Assembly (NCBI RefSeq): GCF_004010195.1
Contig: NC_057719.1
Coordinates: 46,980,470 to 47,037,179 of the forward strand
Source of the DNA: Chiloscyllium plagiosum
Taxonomy: Eukaryota
DNA: 56,710 bases
Direction of reading: 5' to 3'
Shown: positions 49,780 to 56,710 of the stretch, piece by piece
How the letters are laid out: every line of letters starts with the position of its first letter
Position numbering within the stretch: the stretch's first letter is position 1
Translations under genes and position numbers: made by a program
Notes under the pieces: model-generated
Seen by the model: the letters and a program-made list of their open reading frames with translations, nothing else
Told to the model about the DNA's origin: nothing
The model's database searches: none

Positions 49780-50531
49780 AGTCATAGAGATGTAGAGCAT
49801 GGAAACAGACCCTTGGTCCAACTTGTCCATGCCGCCCAGATATCCTAATCTAATCCAGTCCCATTTGCCAGCACTTGGCCATATCCCTTTAAATACTTAT
49901 TATTCATATACTCATTCAGATGCCCTGTAAATGTTGTAATTGTACCAACCTCCACCACTTCCTCTGGCAGTTCATTCCATACATGCACCACAATCTGTGT
50001 GAAAATGTTGCCCCTTAGGTCTCTTTTATATCTTTCCCCTCTCTCCTTAAACCTATGCTCTCTATAATTCTGGACTTCCCCACCCCTGGGAAAAAGTCCG
50101 TGTCTATTTACCCTAGCCATGCCCCTCATGATTTTATAAATCTCTATAATGTCACCCTCAGCCTCCGACACTCCAGGGAAAACAGCCCCAGCCTATTCAG
50201 CCTCTCCCTATAGCTCAAATCCTCCAACCCTGGCAACATCCTTGTAAACCTTTTCTGAACTCTTTCAAGTTTCACAACATCCTTCCAATGGGATAGAGAC
50301 CAGAATTGTACGCAATATTCCAAAAATGGCCTAACCAATGTCCTGTACAGCTGTAACATGACCTCCCAACTCCCGTACTCAAATCTCTGACCAATAAAGG
50401 AAAGCGTACCAAATGCCTTCTTCACTATCCTATCTGCCTGTGACTCCACTTTCAAGGAGATATGAACCTGCACTTCAAGGTCTCTTTGTTCAGCAACACT
50501 CCCGAGGACCTTACCATTAAATGTATAAGCC
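49780..50531 (-). mobile_element. CR1 (HER1-type) LINE, 5'-truncated
   Basis: ORFs 50144-50539 and 49845-50171 are the CR1 ORF2 C-terminus. Confidence 0.9.
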
Positions 50532-50892
50532 CTGAACATGCGTTCTCAACGACCTGAAGACCTCTGTTGTCTCAACCTTCAGTTTTGGATCTGCTAGTTT
50601 GCGCAGTGACTCGACCATTTTGTCTGGCCTTTAGTTCCTCTTATTTAGATGTTCCTTGTAACAATGAATAATATGCTTGCACAAACTGTGAACTAACCTT
50701 TTCAAAGCCACCCATGGTCAAGTATCATATTACACAAGGAAGAAATCAAGTGTAATTAAACCATTTATTTCGAGGCTATCATTTACTTTACTTTTAAACC
50801 TACTAACAGTAAATTCATGAAGCCCTATAAAATGCGTGCCTTGTAACTACCCAAAACAGGCTGGAGGCAGTTTAAATATACAATGTGGTGTC

Positions 50893-52275
50893 ATATAGTC
50901 CAACAGCATAGAAGAAGGCCCTTCGGCCCACCATTTCCATGGCGAGCAACAAACCACACTGATCCTATATGCCTGCACATTGACCATCGCTTACGATGCA
51001 CTGACATTTTAAGCTCTTCTCCAGCACCCTCTCCTTCCCTATTTGTATCAGTCCTCTGGGTGAAAAAGGGTTTCCCTCAGATCTCCTCGAAACCATTTAC
51101 TTCTCACCTTAAATCCATCCCCTCTGGTCTCAGACACGTCAGCCATGGAAAAAGGGATTCTCAAGATCTATCCTGTCGATGTGGGTCTACCCAAGCAGAT
51201 TCCACCCGCCATTTCCTGCTCCAAGGAAAACAAACCCAGCCTATCCATCCTCTCCTCATAACGGAGACTTTTTTGTGTCCCAGGCAACATCTTGGTGAAT
51301 TTCCTATGTATCGTCTCCAGTGCAATCATATCTGTCCAATAGTATGGCGACCAGAACTGTACACCATCCATGAGCTAAGCAATGGTTTATAAAGTTGTAA
51401 TAAGACTTGATTGCTCCTAATTTCCAAGCCCTGGCTAATTAAGACAGCATTCCATCTGCCTTCTTCTGTCTATCTGGACCTACCCAAAGGTCCCTTCATT
51501 CCTTAGTGCTCCCTCGGGACCCACCATTCATTGTGTATATCCTTCTCTTATTAAACCTCATGAAATGCATCACCTTACACCTATCGGAAGTAAGTTCCAT
51601 CTGCCATTTTTCTGCTCAGTTTACCAGTGGGTCAATATCAGACTGCAGCCTGAAACCATCGTCCTCACGATCAACAATGCCACTAATTTTCATGTCATCT
51701 GCAAACTTATAAATTATACCTTCAACATTCACATCCAAGTTGCTAATGTACATAACGAACAGCAAGATTCCCAACACCAGTCCCTGTGGTATATCCCTAA
51801 TTACAGGCTTCCAATCACAAAAACAACCCTCCATCACCACTTTTTGCTTCCCATTTCTAAGCCAAACTTCAATCAAGTTTTCCAACAACAGAGATGCCTT
51901 GAACTCTTTCCTTAAGGACCAGCCGTTCATGTAGAGCCTCATCAAAGGCCTGACTGAAGTTCATGTAAATCACACCAACTGCACTATCCTCATCAATGTA
52001 ATTAGTCATCACTTCACAGTGGTAGTGTCCCTACCCCAGACCAGGATGCCAGCGTTCAGGTCCCACCTGCTCCTGAGAGCTGTAATAACATCTCTGAACA
52101 GGTTGATTACAAAGATAGGTTAAATTAGTCAGACAGGCGCTCCCACTAACTAATCTATGCTGACTATCCCTGACCAATCCCAGCCTATTCAAGTGTTGAT
52201 CAATCCTGTCCCTCAGGGATTTTCCAATAGTGCCCTAACCACTGAGATCAGATTAACTGTCCTGTAATTTCCTAT
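50893..52275 (-). mobile_element. Older CR1 LINE, with a short SINE-like insert at ~52015-52115
   Basis: DIPQGLVLGILLF, YKFADDMKISG and VQFWSPYY. Confidence 0.8.
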
Positions 52276-52289
52276 TACAGAGAAACCAC

Positions 52290-55200
52290 CAGCTCAGCCG
52301 GAGCGGGAGAGGGAGCGGGAGCGGATCGAGGTCAGTCGGAGCGGGAGAGGAAGAGGGAGCGGATCGAGGTCAGTCGGAGCGGGAGAGGGAGAGGGAGCGG
52401 ATCGAGGTCAGTCGGAGCAGGAGAGGGAGAGGGAGCGGATCGAGGTCAGNNNNNNNNNNNNNNNNNNNNNNNNNNNNNNNNNNNNNNNNNNNNNNNNNNN
52501 NNNNNNNNNNNNNNNNNNNNNNNNNNNNNNNNNNNNNNNNNNNNNNNNNNNNNNNNNNNNNNNNNNNNNNNNNNNNNNNNNNNNNNNNNNNNNNNNNNNN
52601 NNNNNNNNNNNNNNNNNNNNNNNNNNNNNNNNNNNNNNNNNNNNNNNNNNNNNNNNNNNNNNNNNNNNNNNNNNNNNNNNNNNNNNNNNNNNNNNNNNNN
52701 NNNNNNNNNNNNNNNNNNNNNNNNNNNNNNNNNNNNNNNNNNNNNNNNNNNNNNNNNNNNNNNNNNNNNNNNNNNNNNNNNNNNNNNNNNNNNNNNNNNN
52801 NNNNNNNNNNNNNNNNNNNNNNNNNNNNNNNNNNNNNNNNNNNNNNNNNNNNNNNNNNNNNNNNNNNNNNNNNNNNNNNNNNNNNNNNNNNNNNNNNNNN
52901 NNNNNNNNNNNNNNNNNNNNNNNNNNNNNNNNNNNNNNNNNNNNNNNNNGTCGGAGAGGGGGCGGATCGAGGTCAGTCGGAGTGGGAGCGGATCAAGGCC
53001 ATTCGAAGAGGAAGCTGATCGCGGTCAGTCGGAGTGGGGACGGATCGCGGTCAGTCGGAGTGGGAGCGGATCGCGGTCAGTCGGAGTGAGAGCGGATCGC
53101 GGTCAGTCGGAGTGGGAGCGGATCGCGGTCAGTCGGAGTGGGAGCGGATCGCGGTCAGTCGGAGAGGGGGAGCGGATCGAGGTCAGTCGGAGAGGGAACG
53201 GATCGAGGTCCGTTGGAGAGGGAGGGGATCAAGGTCATTCGGAGTGGAAGCTGATCAAGGTCAGTCGGAGAGGGGACGGATAGAGGTCAGTCGGAGAGGG
53301 AGCGGATCGTGGTCAGTCGGAGAGGGAACGGATCGTGGTCAGTCGGAGAGGGAACGGATCGAGGTCAGTCGGAGAGGGAACAGATCGAGGTCAGTCGGAG
53401 AGGAAGGGGATCAAGGTCATTCGGAGTGGAAGCTGATCAAGGTCAGGCAGAGAGGGGACGGATAGAGGTCAGTCAGAGGGAGCGGATCGAGGTTAGTCAG
53501 AGGGAGCGGATCGAGGTTAGTCAGAGTGGGCGCTGATCATGGTCAGTCGGAGAAGGAGCAGATCGAGGTCAGTCGGAGAGTGAGTGGATCGAGGTCAGTC
53601 GGAAAGAGAGGGAGTAGATTGAGCCCAGTCAGAGCGGGAGTGGGAAATGGAGCGGATCAAGGTCAGTCGGAGAGGGAGGGGATCAAGGTCATTCGGAGTG
53701 GAAGCTGATCAAGGTCAGGCAGAGAGGGGACGGATAGAGGTCAGTCGGAGAGGGAGCGGATCGTGGTCAGTCGGAGAGGGAGCGGATCGAGGTCATTCGG
53801 AGTGGGAGCGGATCAAGGTCAGTCGGAGAGGGAATGGATCGAGGTCAGTGAGAGAGGGAGGTGATCAAGATCACTCAGAGCGAGTGGATCGAGGTCAGTC
53901 AGAGAGATAACAGATCGAGGTCAGTCAGAGAGATAACAGATCGAGGTCAGTCAGAGAGGGAGCAGATCGAGGTCAGTCAGAGAGCGAGTGGATCAAGGTC
54001 AGTCGGAAAGAGAGAGGGAGCAGATTGACCCCAGTCTGAGTGGGAGTGGGAAATGGAGCGGATGGAGCGGATCGCGGTCAGTCGGAGTGGGAGCGGATCG
54101 CGGTCAGTCGGAGTGGGAGCGGATCGCGGTCAGTCGGAGTGGGAGCGGATCGAAATCATTCACAGAGGGAACAGATCGAGGTCAGTCGGAGAGGGCACTG
54201 ATCAAGGTCATTCGGAGTGGAAGCTGATCGAGGTCAGTCGGAGAGGGGGCGGATCGAGGTCAGTCGGAGAGGGAGCGGATCGAGGTCAGTCGGAGAGGGA
54301 GCGGATCGAGGTCAGTCGGAGAGGGGGCGGATCGAGGTCAGTCGGAGTGGGAACGGATCGAGGTCAGTCGGAGTGGGAATGTATCGAGGTCAGTCGGAGT
54401 GGGAATGTATCGAGGTCAGTGAGAGAGGGAGGTGATCAAGATCAGTCAGAGCGAGTGGGACGAGGTCAGTCAGAGAGGGAATGTATCGAAATCAGTCGGA
54501 GTGGGATCGGATAGAGGTCAGTCGGAGAGGGAGTGGATCGAGGTCATTCACAGAGGGAACAGATCGAGGTCAGTCGGAGAGGGAGTGGATCAAGGTCAGT
54601 CGGAGTGGGCGCTGATCGAGGTGAGTCGGTGCGGGAGGGGATCAAGGTCATTTGGAGTGGAAGCTGATCAAGGTCAGTCGGAGAGGGAATAGATCGAGGT
54701 CAGTTGGAGAGGAAGGGGATCAAGGTCATTCGGTGTGGAAGCTGATCAAGGTCGGGCGGAGTGGGGACCGATCGAGGTCAGTCGGAGAAGGAGCAGATCG
54801 AGGTCAGTCAGTGAGCGAGTGGATCAAGGTCAGTCGGAAAGAGAGAGGGAGCAGAATTGAGCCCAGTCTGAGTGGGAGTGGGAAATGGAGCGGATGGAAC
54901 GGATCGAGGTCAGTCGGAGAGGGAGCGGATCGAGGTCAGTCGGAGAGGGAGCGGATCGAGGTCAGTCGGCGAGGGAGCGGATCGAGGTCAGTCGGCGAGG
55001 GAGCGGGTCGAGGTCAGTCGGCGAGAGAGCGGATCGAGGTCAGTCGGAGAGGGAGCGGATCAAGGTCAGTCGGAGGTGGGTCGAGGTCAGTCGGACAGGG
55101 AATGGATCGAGGTCAGTCGGAGAGGGACCGGATCGAGGTCAGTCAGAGAGAGAGAGGATCGAGGTCCGTCGGAGAGAGAGCGAATCGAGGTCAGGCGGAG

Positions 55201-56710
55201 AGGGGACGGATCGAGGTCATTTGGAGTAGGAGTGGATCGAGGTCAGTCGGAGAGGGAGCGGATCGAGGTCAGTCGGAGAGGGAGCGGATCGAGGTCAGTC
55301 GGAGTGGGAATGTATCGAGGTCAGTGAGAGAGGGAGGTGATCAAGATCAGTCAGAGCGAGTGGGACGAGGTCAGTCAGAGAGGGAATGTATCGAAATCAG
55401 TCGGTGTGGGATCGGATAGAGGTCAGTCGGAGAGAGAGTGGATCGAGGTCATTCACAGACGGAACAGATCGAGGTCAGTCGGATTGGGAGTGGATCAAGG
55501 TCAGTCGGAGTGGGCGCTGATCAAGGTCAGTTGGAGAGGGAGCGGATCGAGGTCAGTCGGAGAGGGAATAGATCGAGGTCAGTTGGAGAGGGAGGGGATC
55601 AAGATCATTCGGTGTGGAAGCTGATCAAGGTCGGGCGGAGTGGGGACCGATCGAGGTCAGTCGGAGAGGGAGCGGATCGAGGTCAGTCGGAGAGCGAATA
55701 GATCGAGGTCAGTTGGAGAGGGAGGGGATCAAGATCATTCGGTGTGGAAGCTGATCAAGGTCGGGCGGAGTGGGGACCGATCGAGGTCAGTCGGAGAAGG
55801 AGCAGATCGAGGTCAGTCAGAGAGCGAGTGGATCAAGGTCAGTCGGAAAGAGAGAAGGAGCAGAATTGAGCCCAGTCTGAGTGGGAGTGGGAAATGGAGC
55901 GGATAGAGCGGATCGAGGTCAGTCGGAGAGGGAGCGGATCGAGGTCAGTCGGAGTGGGAGCGGATCAAGGTCAGTCGGAGAGGGACCGATCGAGGTCAGT
56001 CGGAGCGAGAGAGGATAGAGGTCCGTCGGAGAGGGACCGATCGAGGTCCGTCGGAGAGAGAGCGAATCGAGGTCATTTGGAGTGGGAGCGGATCGAGGTC
56101 AGTCGGAGACGGAGTGAATCAAGGTGAGTCGTTTGGGAGCGGATCGAGGTCAGTCGGAGAGGCAGCGGATCGAGGTCAGTCGGAGTGGGAGCGGATCGAG
56201 GTCAGTCGGAGAGGGAGGGGATCGAGGTCAGTCGGAGAGGGAACAGATCGAGGTCATTCGGAGAGGGAGGGGATCGAGGTCAGTCGGAGAGGGAGCAGAT
56301 CGAGGTCAGTCGGAGAGGGAGGGGATCAAGTTCAGTCGGAGAGTGAACGGATCAAGGACAGTCGGAGATGGAACAGATCGAGGTCAGTCGGAGAAGGAGC
56401 GGATCGAGGTCAGTCACAGAGGGAGTGGATCGAGGTCAGTCGGAGAGGGAGTAGAGCGAGGTCAGTCGGAGAGGGAACGGATAGAGGTGAGTCAGAGAGG
56501 GAGTGGATCAAGGTCAGTCGGAGAGGGAGTGGTTCAAGGTCAGCCGGAGAGGGAGTGGATCGAGGTCATTCACAGAGGGAACAGATCTAGGTCAGTCAGA
56601 GAAGGAGTGAATCGAGGTCAGTCGGAGAGGGACCGGATCAAGGTCAGTCGGAGAGGGAGTGGATCGAGGTCAGTCAGAGAGGGAACGGATCAAGATCAGT
56701 CGGAGAGTGA
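52290..56710 (+). repeat. G-rich minisatellite, monomer GAGGTCAGTCGGAGAGGGAGCGGATC (26 bp; 38-bp units before the gap), with higher-order blocks; runs off the window end
   Basis: Period 26 (e.g. ggatc at 54901, 54927, 54953); period 38 at 52321, 52359, 52397, 52435; 500-N gap at 52450-52949. Confidence 0.95.

Noticed and set aside
52290..56710. CRISPR array, or Arg/Ser/Gly-rich protein genes from the many ORFs
   Set aside because: Contiguous tandem monomers without unique spacers, no cas genes, vertebrate context. The ORFs arise because the 26-bp unit lacks plus-strand stops.
52950..56710. Resemblance of the monomer to Alu (ggcggatcacgaggtcaggag)
   Set aside because: Short, gapped similarity only, with no other 7SL/Alu features.

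Overview
Repeat-dense, apparently non-coding (intronic or intergenic) window from a vertebrate genome, almost certainly a shark or other elasmobranch, judged from HE1-type V-SINEs, HER1/CR1 LINEs and Deu-domain SINE remnants recognised by eye. No host protein-coding gene, rRNA, tRNA or CRISPR array can be supported, and nearly all ORFs in the track are TE remnants or repeat artefacts. Main contents: (1) a full-length but inactivated Gmr1-like Ty3/Gypsy LTR retrotransposon (10103-16593, minus) with both LTRs, tRNA-Pro-like PBS, PPT, SCAN-like gag and PR-INT-RT-RH order, plus an older relative at ~37390-38450; (2) Penelope-like elements (PLEs): an RT-bearing copy (23872-26401), a GIY-YIG-bearing ~2-kb inverted insertion (38449-40458) and several ~0.1-0.25-kb terminal fragments; (3) minimal hammerhead-ribozyme motifs of three sequence families in the PLE ends, with covarying stems; (4) many CR1, RTE, Rex1/Babar and Tx1-like fragments and SINEs in nested insertions; (5) a perfect 146-bp inverted duplication (8496-9249); (6) a G-rich 26-bp minisatellite with higher-order blocks from ~52290 to the window end. 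The most distinctive pattern is that four short palindromic PLE insertions all have their inversion junction in or next to the hammerhead motif. Three assembly gaps (N runs) limit interpretation. Family names come from motif recognition, not database searches.
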